DNA of 64,000 nucleotides from Bianquea renquensis (GTDB lineage Bacteria; Bacillota; Clostridia; Lachnospirales; Bianqueaceae): NCBI RefSeq assembly GCF_014384895.1, contig NZ_JACRSQ010000001.1, positions 99,493 to 163,492 of the forward strand, read 5' to 3'. Shown piece by piece: positions 29,727 to 38,975 of this stretch (position 1 is its first letter; each line of letters starts with the position of its first letter). The notes under the pieces were generated by a model. It saw only the letters and a program-made list of their open reading frames with translations, ran no database searches and was not told where the DNA came from. The position numbers and the translations under genes were made by a program.

Positions 29727-29823
29727 AAAGCCCTCCATGACCAAAACATTCTTAGATATTGTACCATATTTCGGCCTGAATCTCAAGGTTTAGACAAAAC
29801 CATTGACAGGCAAAGCGGAAATA

Positions 29824-29852
29824 TTGACAAACTACTCCTGTAGGAGTATATT
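29824..29852 (+). promoter_or_regulatory. Sigma-A-type promoter with an embedded 16-bp perfect palindrome (candidate operator)
   Basis: TTGACA (29824-29), a 17-nt spacer, then TATATT (29847-52). The spacer and the -10 overlap TACTCCTGTAGGAGTA (29833-29848), a perfect inverted repeat. Confidence 0.5.
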
Positions 29853-29880
29853 ATGTATAAAGAATGGAGATGATATACCT

Positions 29881-30558
29881 ATGATCAGAGAGCTCTATCA
29901 CGGTTCCTCAAATGTCATTGATAAGCCTTTATTTGGATATGGTAGGCCCTACAACGATTACGGCCTTGGCTTTTATTGCACCGACAGCCTTGAGATGGCA
30001 AAGGAGTGGGGGGTCGGCAAGAATCAGGACGGCTATGCCAACTGTTATGAAATCGATTGTGACGGTCTGCGGATCCTTGACCTGAATGCACCAGAATACT
30101 GCATCCTGCATTGGCTTACTGTGCTGTTGCAAAACCGCGAGTTTGATATTCCCTCCGGTCTGGCACTGGAGGCGAAGGAATATATGCTTGCCCATTTTGC
30201 CGTCGATTATGAAAGCTATGATGCAATCATCGGGTACCGCGCTGATGACAGCTATTTTTCGTTTGCACAGGATTTTATTAATGGCACGATCTCTTACCGT
30301 CAGCTTAACAATGCGATGCATCTTGGCAAGCTCGGTCAGCAGTTTGTTCTCAAGAGCAGAACAGCATTTGAGCGAATCAAGTTCATCGGCAGCGAGATTG
30401 CCGAAAGCAGCGAGTGGTACACAAAGAAGATGCTGCGCGACAAGACTGCCCGCCGCGAGTATTTCAGCATGGAGCGAAACCGTCGTCAGCGCGGCGATCT
30501 ATATATCACACAGATTATGGATGAGGAGATGATGCCTGATGATCCGCGCTTACGATAG
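29881..30558 (+). CDS. DUF3990-domain protein
   Basis: N-terminal MIRELYHGSSNVIDKPLFGYGRPYNDYGLGFYCT is the characteristic DUF3990 opening. Start ATG 29881 follows RBS GGAGATGA. Confidence 0.6.
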   Translation: MIRELYHGSSNVIDKPLFGYGRPYNDYGLGFYCTDSLEMAKEWGVGKNQDGYANCYEIDCDGLRILDLNAPEYCILHWLTVLLQNREFDIPSGLALEAKEYMLAHFAVDYESYDAIIGYRADDSYFSFAQDFINGTISYRQLNNAMHLGKLGQQFVLKSRTAFERIKFIGSEIAESSEWYTKKMLRDKTARREYFSMERNRRQRGDLYITQIMDEEMMPDDPRLR

Positions 30559-31183
30559 AGTGTATCTGGACAAAGCCCGCACTGCCCTTGGTCGTATGCT
30601 GGACTTTGCAGTATATGATCTCAAATACGATATTGCTGAATTTTTCCATCTGTTCATCAAGTCCGGCGTTGCGGAACGCTTTGAAACCGGCGATTTCGCT
30701 GTTATTGTTGGTATGTCCGGCGTGGAACTTGCTTATGAGGTGCTTGAGCAGTCCGGCGTGGAAAGGGAGCGCATGAAACCGAACTACACCGTCAACCGCA
30801 GCGAGGAATTTTGGGTGGGCTGGGCATTAGCGTATTATCAGTGGGAAACATCCATGAGCTTTGCGGAGATTGTGCGGTATGTTCCCATCAAGGATATTAT
30901 CGCTCTTTACTCACCCTATCATGAAATGGACATCCGGCAGTTTGTCGATAAGGTAAATGCGATGTATAAAGCGGCGAAACCGGAAACCAATCTCAAACTT
31001 CTGCGGCAGAAAGCCGGTCTGAGTCAACGCGAACTTGCGGAGATGTCAGGCGTCCCAATGCGTACCATCCAGCAATACGAGCAGCGGCAGAAGAACATCA
31101 ACAAGGCTAAGGCGGAGTATCTTGTGATGGTAGCTAAGGTTCTGTGCTGTACGGTTGATGATCTGATAGAGAAAACGGAATAG
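30539..31183 (+). CDS. DUF3791-like protein with a C-terminal XRE-family helix-turn-helix
   Basis: Overlaps the DUF3990 gene by 20 nt, indicating translational coupling. The C-terminus ..LKLLRQKAGLSQRELAEMSGVPMRTIQQYEQRQ.. is a Cro/C1-type HTH. Confidence 0.55.
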   Translation: MIRAYDRVYLDKARTALGRMLDFAVYDLKYDIAEFFHLFIKSGVAERFETGDFAVIVGMSGVELAYEVLEQSGVERERMKPNYTVNRSEEFWVGWALAYYQWETSMSFAEIVRYVPIKDIIALYSPYHEMDIRQFVDKVNAMYKAAKPETNLKLLRQKAGLSQRELAEMSGVPMRTIQQYEQRQKNINKAKAEYLVMVAKVLCCTVDDLIEKTE

Positions 31184-31224
31184 AAAAGGGCGTGATCCTC
31201 TCATTTTCTGAGCGATCATGCCCT
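31182..31224 (-). terminator. Rho-independent terminator for the flotillin operon
   Basis: Minus-strand hairpin AGGGCATGATC../..GATCACGCCCT (one mismatch) followed by TTTTCT. Confidence 0.45.
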
Positions 31225-31270
31225 CTTGCTTATTCTTCTTCAATTACAACATCCGGGAGGCGGACTTTCC

Positions 31271-31298
31271 AACGTTTGCGGATAGCAAACGTTTTTAT
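31271..31298 (+). terminator. Rho-independent terminator after the DUF3990/DUF3791 pair
   Basis: AACGTTTGC-GGATA-GCAAACGTT hairpin followed by TTTTT; the T-run overlaps the flotillin stop codon on the other strand. Confidence 0.55.
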
Positions 31299-32716
31299 TG
31301 ATCTTGCTCACTGGGTTCAGACTCACTGGGCGCAGCGCTGTCAACTTGGACAGGGTTCGCGGTTTTGCCCAGAAAATCAGGCAGTTCCATGCCCGCCATA
31401 TTCAGCAGATCCTGGATGGGAGGCAGGCTCTTCATGAGGCTGGATACAAAATTCGCCGTGCTGGAGTTTCCGTCTTTGTCATTGCCCGAGTCCCAGACCG
31501 TGATCTTATCGATCTTAAGGTTCTGGATCGCCTCAACTTGTAGTTTTACAAGATTTTCCAGCTTGTCGCTGATCAACAGGCGAATGGCGTCGTTGGCCTC
31601 ACCGCCGGCTGCGGTTACCACCTGCCCGAAGCCCTGGGCCTGCTTGCTCAGGATTTCCTGGATACCGCGGGCCTCCGCCTCCATTTTCATATAGATAGCA
31701 TCCGCATCGCCTTTGGCGCGGCGGCGAGTTTGTTCGGCCTCGGCTTCGGCCGCGATTTCAAGACGTTTTTTCTCAATCTCTGCCTTGACGAGCACATCGG
31801 CTTCCAGCGTCGCCTGTTCTCGAGCGGCGCGGGCGGATTCCGCTTCCTGCTCAGCCGAATACGCTTCCTGCAGTGCCTTCGCCGTTTGGATCTTCTCGGC
31901 GGCCGTGGCGCGGCGCAGCGCCTCCGCCTCCTTCTCACGGCGGGTAGCTTCCGACTGGGAGATGGCAATTTTCGCTTCATTTTCTCCCTCGATGGCGATG
32001 GAGTTTGCGTTGGCCACGCGGATACGCTGATCCCGGTTGGCCTCCGCCTCTCCGATGGCGCCGTCCCGATTGCGCTCTGACACCTGGATCTTCGCATCGT
32101 TGATCGCCTTGGCGGCGGCTTCCTTGCCGAGAGCGTCAATATAGCCGGATTCATCGTTGATGTCGGTGACGTTGACGTTGATGAGGCGCAGGCCGATCTT
32201 TTTCAGTTCGGTTTCCACATTGTTGGAGACCGCAGCCAGGAATTTATCCCGGTCTGTGTTGATCTCTTCGATGTCCATGGTGGCGACCACAAGGCGCAGC
32301 TGACCGAAGATAATATCCTTGGCAAGCTCCTGCACCTCCGCCATTTTCAAGCCTAACAGGCGTTCCGCCGCATTCTGCATGATTCCTGGCTCAGTGGAAA
32401 CGCCCACGGTAAACCGGGAGGGCACGTCGATGCGGATATTCTGCCGGCTCAGGGCGTTGGTCAGATCGACGCTGATGGAGATGGGCGTCAGGTCTAAGTA
32501 CTCATAGGACTGAACGACAGGCCAAATGAAAGCGGCGCCCCCGTGAATACATTTGGAGGACCGGGAGGTTCCGTCGCTTCCATTTCCAATCCGGCCATAG
32601 ATGACCATGACTTTGTCGGAAGGACATTTGCGGTAGCGGGAGAGAATGACTAGCAGCGTGCTGAGAACGAGTATGACGATGACGGCGATCAAAACAAACG
32701 GTTCCATAGAATACAC
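31295..32716 (-). CDS. floT: Flotillin-family SPFH/band-7 protein (FloT/YuaG-like)
   Basis: N-terminal TM, an SPFH domain and a long Ala/Glu-rich coiled-coil (EA repeats ..EAEALRRATAAEKIQTAKALQEAYSAEQEAES..). Confidence 0.8.
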   Translation of the reverse strand: MYSMEPFVLIAVIVILVLSTLLVILSRYRKCPSDKVMVIYGRIGNGSDGTSRSSKCIHGGAAFIWPVVQSYEYLDLTPISISVDLTNALSRQNIRIDVPSRFTVGVSTEPGIMQNAAERLLGLKMAEVQELAKDIIFGQLRLVVATMDIEEINTDRDKFLAAVSNNVETELKKIGLRLINVNVTDINDESGYIDALGKEAAAKAINDAKIQVSERNRDGAIGEAEANRDQRIRVANANSIAIEGENEAKIAISQSEATRREKEAEALRRATAAEKIQTAKALQEAYSAEQEAESARAAREQATLEADVLVKAEIEKKRLEIAAEAEAEQTRRRAKGDADAIYMKMEAEARGIQEILSKQAQGFGQVVTAAGGEANDAIRLLISDKLENLVKLQVEAIQNLKIDKITVWDSGNDKDGNSSTANFVSSLMKSLPPIQDLLNMAGMELPDFLGKTANPVQVDSAAPSESEPSEQDQ

Positions 32717-32771
32717 CCCTTCATAAAATGATTTATTTTGTCAGGAGTAAAATCTCCTGTACAACTGTGAC

Positions 32772-33416
32772 TTACACCGGTTCCACGATCAGTGTCTCCT
32801 GGTCCACATCGACAACGCGGACACTAGCTCCCACAGGGATTTCCTGATCCGCGGCGGTGACAGCGTCCAATTCCCGCTGCTGATCTTGGATTAGAATGGT
32901 GATCTTCCCGCAACCCTGGCGATTGGCGGGAATCCGGAGGTAGACGCGCCCTGTCCGCCCGATGGCGTTGGACATCTGCAGTGTCCCGTTATCCTGAAGT
33001 TGAAGGGACTTTTTGAAAGCCCACGCCACAAAGATCATGGCGGCGAAACCGCCGGCTATGGACAGAAGGATGGATACAAAGCTGGGGAGGGCTGTGCTCA
33101 ATAGGAAAACCCCGAGCCAGCCGCTGATGCTGAAAAAGGCCACGAAACCCCGGACGGTAAAGAGTCGCAGTCCATCGAGACCGTTTCCGTCCGCTATGTC
33201 ATCCACATCGTCCAAATCGGCATCCACATCCGCATCGGAATCCATGCTGTCGTGCCCCAAGCCAAATAGGAGCATGACAGTCTGAAGAATCAGGACAGCG
33301 GTTCCCACCATGCCGAATCCAGCAAAAACCTGTTGTGTCAACGTTAAATGATTCCACCAATCCACCAATTGAATCTCCTCCTCATATAGAGAATTTGTGC
33401 CGGCAGGCGTGCTCAC
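32772..33416 (-). CDS. NfeD-family membrane protein (YuaF/YqiJ-like, C-terminal OB-fold)
   Basis: Multi-TM N-terminal part, an acidic linker (DSDADVDADLDDVDD) and a C-terminal OB-fold (..GRVYLRIP...G.GKITILIQDQ..). It sits immediately upstream of flotillin, as in yuaF-floT. Confidence 0.7.
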   Translation of the reverse strand: MSTPAGTNSLYEEEIQLVDWWNHLTLTQQVFAGFGMVGTAVLILQTVMLLFGLGHDSMDSDADVDADLDDVDDIADGNGLDGLRLFTVRGFVAFFSISGWLGVFLLSTALPSFVSILLSIAGGFAAMIFVAWAFKKSLQLQDNGTLQMSNAIGRTGRVYLRIPANRQGCGKITILIQDQQRELDAVTAADQEIPVGASVRVVDVDQETLIVEPV

Positions 33417-34276
33417 GGGTTCGCTCTCGACGAACTCTTATCCACGAATTGCCCATTGACCTTTAAGATTGTCCGGGGCAGGGCATCCCGGCTATTTTTC
33501 CAAGGCTGATCCTGGTATCGATAGTCAAATTTTAGCGTAAACCATTCCAGCTCATCTTCCACCCGTTTCAAGTTCTCTCTCTCCTTCTCTATGAGAAGCG
33601 TTCGAAACCCATTGCAGTCTTTAGGTTTTAAATGGCTGGCAGCGCGCTCATACAACATGAGAAAATGATTGATGCAAAATCCTTTGCAGGCATCCACTGT
33701 CTGATGAAACTCGGCATTTTTTTCCCACAGCATGAAAAATGCTGTCATCATCCGCTCAAACACTTGATCAATCCGCTTGCAGATATAACAGGAATTGATG
33801 AAATTCTGACGGTATGCTTCGATGGGGTCAGACGGGGAATCCGCATCCTTTTTGCGAAAGACCTTTTTAACCGGTTTCGAAGAGTCCTGCTTTTCCAGGA
33901 GGGAAAAGAGCTCCTTCTCCTGTTCTCTCAGATGAGAGTGGAGCATCAGTGCTAGCCCCAGGGCGTTGGCCTGTGAATATAATTGGTCCATATGGTGGTG
34001 ACAGAAGCCCAAGGCATTGGTCTCGCCGCGGACATCCTCTTCCATGTAGGAGGGACTCAACACGAACGAGACCGTATCGGTCTCCAGCTTGCGGCGCATG
34101 GCGCAGAATGGACATTCACAGTCCTCGTGGAAACCATCCATCACCGGTATGGTGTAAATCTCTTCTTTTATATTGATCCCATCCTCTCTATCGTATGATA
34201 AGCGGATCTCCCAATGGGAGAACAAAGCGCATCGCGGGCATGTGCAATCGTGCGGGGCGTAATGGCCAGAGGCCAT
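33413..34276 (-). CDS. Cysteine-rich protein of unknown function, first gene of the NfeD-flotillin operon
   Basis: 287-aa ORF whose stop overlaps the NfeD start. It has repeated Cys clusters (HDCTCPRC, HEDCECPFC, NSCYICKR, CKGFCINHF) suggestive of metal binding. No family could be recognised from sequence. Confidence 0.4.
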   Translation of the reverse strand: MASGHYAPHDCTCPRCALFSHWEIRLSYDREDGINIKEEIYTIPVMDGFHEDCECPFCAMRRKLETDTVSFVLSPSYMEEDVRGETNALGFCHHHMDQLYSQANALGLALMLHSHLREQEKELFSLLEKQDSSKPVKKVFRKKDADSPSDPIEAYRQNFINSCYICKRIDQVFERMMTAFFMLWEKNAEFHQTVDACKGFCINHFLMLYERAASHLKPKDCNGFRTLLIEKERENLKRVEDELEWFTLKFDYRYQDQPWKNSRDALPRTILKVNGQFVDKSSSRANP

Positions 34277-34407
34277 AGCGAAACAGCCGAAGCTTTCTTC
34301 TATTATACTACATTTTTTCGTATTTGCCTAGACCCTTTAGCAGAATTTGAAGCGGGAGGGAGGTTCAATTCGTGAAAAAAATAACGTAAAAATTTTCCGG
34401 GAAGCTC

Positions 34408-34436
34408 TTGTATACAATAAACATTTCGATTATAAT
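34408..34436 (+). promoter_or_regulatory. Sigma-A-type promoter for pta-ackA
   Basis: TTGTAT, a 17-nt spacer, then TATAAT. Confidence 0.45.
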
Positions 34437-34494
34437 AAGGATTTGAAGATGGTACGTAAGATCAATCCATACAATCAGAAAGGGGACATCGTCC

Positions 34495-35496
34495 GTGAGT
34501 AATTTTTTGGAAACGATTAAGATGAGAGCCAAGGCACAGAAGAAAACCATTGTTCTTCCTGAGACCTGGGATAGAAGAACATTAGACGCCGCCGCCGCAG
34601 TTCTGGCGGAGGGCATAGCGGATGTCATTCTCGTCGGCAGCAAGGAGACGATCTGTCAGTCAGCGCCGGATCTTGACCTCTCGAAAGCCACATTTGCAGA
34701 TCCTGAGAATTTTGAAGGAATGGATGAGTTTGTGGCAACGCTGGTGGAGTTGCGCAAGAATAAGGGCGTCGATGAAGCCAAGGCCGCCAAGCTGTTGAAG
34801 AATCCGCTGTACTTCGGCGTCATGATGGTTAAGAAGGGACAAGCGGATGGCATGGTGGCAGGTGCTGTGACGGCTACGCCGGATGTGCTGCGCCCTGCGC
34901 TGCAGATTTTAAAGACTCGCCCGGGCACAAAGCTTGTCTCCGCATTCTTTGTCATGGTGGTCCCCGACTGTGAGTATGGAGCCAATGGCACTTTCATCTA
35001 TGCGGATTCAGGCTTGAATCCCAACCCAACGGCGGAGGAGCTGGCGCATATCGCGGTGAATTCCGCGGAGACTTTCGAGACATTGGTTCAGGAGGAACCG
35101 GTGGTTGGAATGCTGTCTTTCTCCACAAAGGGCAGCGCATCCCACTCGGATGTGGACAAGGTTGTGGAAGCGACGAGAATCGCAAAGGAGCTGGCTCCCA
35201 ATGTGAAGCTGGATGGAGAACTACAGCTGGACGCTGCAATTGTTCCCTCTGTAGGCCAATCCAAGGCGCCGGGCAGCGATGTAGCGGGTCACTGCAATGT
35301 CCTCGTATTCCCTGATTTGGACGCGGGCAATATCGGGTATAAATTGACGCAGCGTCTGGCGAAGGCTGAGGCGTATGGGCCGATCACGCAGGGGATCGCC
35401 GCGCCCGTCAACGATTTGTCCAGGGGCTGTGTTGCAGAGGATATCGTGGGTGTTATTGCAATCACAGCGGTACAGGCGCAACAGCAGAAGAGATAA
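34495..35496 (+). CDS. pta: Phosphate acetyltransferase
   Basis: ..KTIVLPE..D.R.L.AA......G.A..ILVG.. N-terminus and the Pta core (..VSAFFVM..GAVTATPD..). A GTG start at 34495 follows RBS AAAGGGG. Confidence 0.9.
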   Translation: MSNFLETIKMRAKAQKKTIVLPETWDRRTLDAAAAVLAEGIADVILVGSKETICQSAPDLDLSKATFADPENFEGMDEFVATLVELRKNKGVDEAKAAKLLKNPLYFGVMMVKKGQADGMVAGAVTATPDVLRPALQILKTRPGTKLVSAFFVMVVPDCEYGANGTFIYADSGLNPNPTAEELAHIAVNSAETFETLVQEEPVVGMLSFSTKGSASHSDVDKVVEATRIAKELAPNVKLDGELQLDAAIVPSVGQSKAPGSDVAGHCNVLVFPDLDAGNIGYKLTQRLAKAEAYGPITQGIAAPVNDLSRGCVAEDIVGVIAITAVQAQQQKR

Positions 35497-35530
35497 ATGG
35501 AAACCTTAGACGAATAGGAGATGGAGCAAG

Positions 35531-36727
35531 ATGATGAAGGTATTGGTCATCAACTGTGGGAGTTCATCCTTGAAATACCAGTTGATTGATATGGAAACGG
35601 AGAGCGTTTTGGCGAAAGGACTGTGCGAGCGCATCGGAATTGATGGCTCTAGACTCAAGCACACGCCGGCAGGCAAGGACACCGTTGTGCTGGAAGAGGT
35701 TATGCCAGACCACAACAAAGCGGTCCAAATGGTTCTGGACGCGCTGACAGATTCTGAGTACGGTGTAATCTCCAACATGCAGGAGATCGGAGCCGTAGGA
35801 CACCGCGTCGTGCACGGTGGGGAGGCATTTTCCGGGTCGGTTCTGATTACCGATGACGTGATCAAGGCGATGGAAGAATGCAGTGAGCTAGCGCCGCTGC
35901 ACAACCCGGCAAATCTCATCGGGATCCGTGCGTGTCAGAAACTGATGCCGGATACCCCAATGGTTGGCGTGTTCGACACGGCGTTTCATCAGACGATGCC
36001 GGAGGAGGCCTATCTCTACGGAATTCCCTATGAGTACTATACTAAGTACAAAGTTCGTCGATATGGATTTCACGGAACGTCTCACCGCTATGTGTCGCAG
36101 CGGGTGGCCGCTGTTTTGGGCAAGCCCATTGAAGATCTGAAGATCATCGTCTGTCATCTCGGCAACGGAGCTAGCGTCTGCGCGGTTGATGGCGGTAAGT
36201 CTGTGGACACAAGCATGGGGTTGACTCCGCTGGAAGGGTTGATCATGGGAACCCGCAGCGGGGATATCGATCCGGCGATTATGCAGTACATCATGCATAA
36301 GGAAAATTTGGACATTGATCAGATGATGGACGTCCTGAACAAAAAATCTGGGATCCTTGGAATTTCTGGTATCTCCAGCGATTTCCGCGAAGTGGAAAGC
36401 GGCTGTGAGGCGGGCAATCCGGACGCCATCCGCGCCAACAATGCGTTTGTCTATCACGTTGTCAAATACATTGGATCCTACGCTGCTGCTATGAATGGCC
36501 TGGACGCCATTGCGTTTACCGCGGGTCTTGGCGAAAATAATGGCAAAGTTCGGGCACAGATCTGCTCCTATTTTGGATTCTTAGGCTTGACCGTGGACCC
36601 GGAGCGCAACGCGGTGCGAGGAGTGGAAACGATCATCTCCACCGAGGATTCGAAAGTAAAAGCGCTGTTGATCCCGACAGACGAGGAATTGATGATTGCA
36701 CGGGATACAGTGGAGATTTGCCGGTAA
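35531..36727 (+). CDS. ackA: Acetate kinase
   Basis: [18 protein letters not shown].. and ..HRVVHGG..FHGTSH.. acetate/propionate kinase signatures. Confidence 0.95.
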   Translation: MMKVLVINCGSSSLKYQLIDMETESVLAKGLCERIGIDGSRLKHTPAGKDTVVLEEVMPDHNKAVQMVLDALTDSEYGVISNMQEIGAVGHRVVHGGEAFSGSVLITDDVIKAMEECSELAPLHNPANLIGIRACQKLMPDTPMVGVFDTAFHQTMPEEAYLYGIPYEYYTKYKVRRYGFHGTSHRYVSQRVAAVLGKPIEDLKIIVCHLGNGASVCAVDGGKSVDTSMGLTPLEGLIMGTRSGDIDPAIMQYIMHKENLDIDQMMDVLNKKSGILGISGISSDFREVESGCEAGNPDAIRANNAFVYHVVKYIGSYAAAMNGLDAIAFTAGLGENNGKVRAQICSYFGFLGLTVDPERNAVRGVETIISTEDSKVKALLIPTDEELMIARDTVEICR

Positions 36728-36936
36728 ACATTTTATAAGGAAACAGGGTGTCGGGGAGGCCGGCGCTCGGGGAAAAATAATTTCAATGCCGCAAGGAGGC
36801 ACAGCCACAAGGCTATGCCCCCTTGCTTTTTCTTTTACTCCTCGCGGCAGCCACAGAGGTTGAGGGGCGGACCCCTACATTTTTTTCGATCGCCAGCCCA
36901 TAGCAATTCCTGTAAAATTTGAAATAATTTGGCCTA

Positions 36937-36965
36937 TTGCCAAACTGACTACCGCTTGATATAAT
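36937..36965 (+). promoter_or_regulatory. Sigma-A-type promoter for the SH3/peptidase gene
   Basis: TTGCCA, a 17-nt spacer, then TATAAT. Confidence 0.45.
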
Positions 36966-37022
36966 AACGCCGACAGCTCTGATAGGGCTGTCAATCGATA
37001 AAAATAAATTCGAGGTGACGAA

Positions 37023-37979
37023 ATGAGAAAACTAGTATCTGTTATACTGACCATTGTTGTGAGTGTAGGAGCAATGGCCTTTTCCGCCCCAGTAGAGGCT
37101 GCTACCCTTCAATCAACGGCAGGAGTTGTTTCAACATCAAGCGGACGGCTGAATGTTCGAAGCAATAGCTCAACTAGCGCTTCTGTCATTGCTTCTTTAG
37201 ATAAGGGAAGTTATGTCACACTGCTCTCCAAATCGGGGTCATGGTGGTATGTAGAATATGCAAAAGGCCAGTATGGCTATTGCCATGCTGATTATATCAA
37301 AACCACAGCGGGAACCGCCGCTACGGTTAAAACTCAATCTGGAAATCTGAATGTCAGGAGTGGAGCCGGAACCTCCTACCAGATCAAAGACAAGTTGGCA
37401 AAGGGAGAAACGGTTGTCGTTTTATCCACTTCCAACGGGTGGAGCCGAGTTCTCTATCACGGTACCAAAACGGGCTATGTCAGCAGCCAGTATCTGTCGC
37501 AGAATGGACAGGCAGCGATTTCGCTGAATCTGCCGAATTACAAGCAGACTGACAGCCGCTGGGCCAACGCGACTCTTGGAAACTCCGGAAAGACCATCGC
37601 GAAAAGCGGATGTACCACCACTGCGATTGCGATGATAGAGTCTTACCGTACGGGTACGACAATCTACCCGGACGCCATGGCCAAAAAACTCAGTTATACC
37701 TCATCCGGCGACCTGTATTGGCCAAGCGATTACCAGGTGGTTACCCAGTATTCTCTGAGCGCCATCTATGATCAGCTCAAGCAGGGCAAGCCTGTTCTGT
37801 TCGGCGCTAAGACATCCGCCGGCAGACAGCATTGGGTTGTGATCAATGGCTACACTGGGGGGGACGGGTTCTCCGCGTCTCAGTTCACAGTGCTTGATCC
37901 CGGCTCGAACCAGCGCACAACGTTGCAGCACTTGCTCAACGATTACCCAGTGTTTTATAAATACTTTTATTATAAATAA
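37023..37979 (+). CDS. Secreted protein with tandem SH3b-like domains and a C-terminal papain-like (peptidase-C39-like) Cys-peptidase domain
   Basis: Signal peptide MRKLVSVILTIVVSVGAMAFSAPVEA. Two repeats of ..SG.LNVRS......I..L.KG..V.VLS..NGW..V.Y.G..GY.. are SH3b-like. The C-terminus reads ..NYKQTDSRWANATLGNSGKTIAKSGCTTTAIAM.. with a catalytic-Cys context. Confidence 0.6.
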   Translation: MRKLVSVILTIVVSVGAMAFSAPVEAATLQSTAGVVSTSSGRLNVRSNSSTSASVIASLDKGSYVTLLSKSGSWWYVEYAKGQYGYCHADYIKTTAGTAATVKTQSGNLNVRSGAGTSYQIKDKLAKGETVVVLSTSNGWSRVLYHGTKTGYVSSQYLSQNGQAAISLNLPNYKQTDSRWANATLGNSGKTIAKSGCTTTAIAMIESYRTGTTIYPDAMAKKLSYTSSGDLYWPSDYQVVTQYSLSAIYDQLKQGKPVLFGAKTSAGRQHWVVINGYTGGDGFSASQFTVLDPGSNQRTTLQHLLNDYPVFYKYFYYK

Positions 37980-38038
37980 GAAGTACGCGATTTCTACAAT
38001 TCCGCTAGAACATTCCTCTTTTGCCACTTACAAATAAG

Positions 38039-38110
38039 GGCCAGGCGAACTTGTCAACGATGCAATGAACGGGCAACGCCCGCTGTTGATAAGTTCGTCT
38101 GGCCTTTTCT
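38039..38110 (+). terminator. Unusually long terminator hairpin after the SH3/peptidase gene
   Basis: 20-bp arms GGCCAGGCGAACTTGTCAAC / GTTGATAAGTTCGTCTGGCC (two G.U positions) enclosing an inner CGGGC-AA-CGCCCG hairpin, followed by TTTT. Confidence 0.55.
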
Positions 38111-38211
38111 CCATTCCAGCTGCCATTCGAGAGAATGTCAGCGCCCTCTGTATATCCGAATGGCGTAAGATATTTCAGCCATTGTCGCAGGCAAGAGGAA
38201 GCCGGATATGA

Positions 38212-38880
38212 TTATTTCAGCAAATCCAATACTTCATATAGGGCTTGTACAGTGGTGATGCCCTCATACCTCCGATTGCCACTCCTCTGCAACAGAACCG
38301 GTTGAATGCCAGCTGAGGCCGCGCCCTGCACATCTGATTGGAAGGAATCCCCTATATGGATTACTTGATCTGCACGAAATCCGCTGACGTCCAGAGCTTT
38401 TTCAAACAATTCCTTATGCGGCTTATAGGCGCGAACCATGTCGGCACATACGATCCCAGTTGGGCAAAGACGATTGCGTTTCATAGCCTTCTCCACATAT
38501 TGGATTCCATTATTGCTGATCACATAGAGGGGCAAGGGACACGTCTCATAGAACTCTCTCACATCGGGGAAGAGAGGGGCGTTAACCCAGTAGTCCTGAA
38601 TTAAGCGGTGTAACTCTGCCAAGTTTTCTTTTAGCTGAAAGGTTTTGACCAAGTCGAGGAGTGCCCGGTCAACAATTTCGTCCTCCGTTAGATAGGAGTC
38701 CCCAAAACTGCTGTTTTCATATTGCTTTACCAGGCCCCACCAAGCGTTCATAACGTCTCGCGGTTGGCGCAATGTACTATTCTTGCAAATTCTTGCCACG
38801 ACTTCCTTCAGTTCCATGCCGCTCTCTTGAATTGTCGTCCCTGTATAATCAATAAAAACTGCGTGAATCATTGCGTGCAT
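38212..38880 (-). CDS. HAD-superfamily hydrolase
   Basis: Motif I FIDYTGT (DxTGT variant) at the N-terminus and C-terminal ..IGDSFQSDVQGA.. (motif IV-like). Confidence 0.65.
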   Translation of the reverse strand: MHAMIHAVFIDYTGTTIQESGMELKEVVARICKNSTLRQPRDVMNAWWGLVKQYENSSFGDSYLTEDEIVDRALLDLVKTFQLKENLAELHRLIQDYWVNAPLFPDVREFYETCPLPLYVISNNGIQYVEKAMKRNRLCPTGIVCADMVRAYKPHKELFEKALDVSGFRADQVIHIGDSFQSDVQGAASAGIQPVLLQRSGNRRYEGITTVQALYEVLDLLK

Positions 38881-38975
38881 CTCCTATTTTATGATATAAT
38901 GTATATTATACAGCCTTCTGTGATTCCTGTCCAGAGAACAGGAGCCTTTGACTCATTAAGAAAAGGTGGATTTAG

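Noticed and set aside
31687-32154. Ala/Arg/Pro-rich ORFs (both strands) inside the flotillin gene
   Set aside because: They are low-complexity frames produced by the GC-rich GCN/GAR codon repetition of the flotillin coiled-coil region. Flotillin itself has the full SPFH domain and a start and stop in a sensible operon context.
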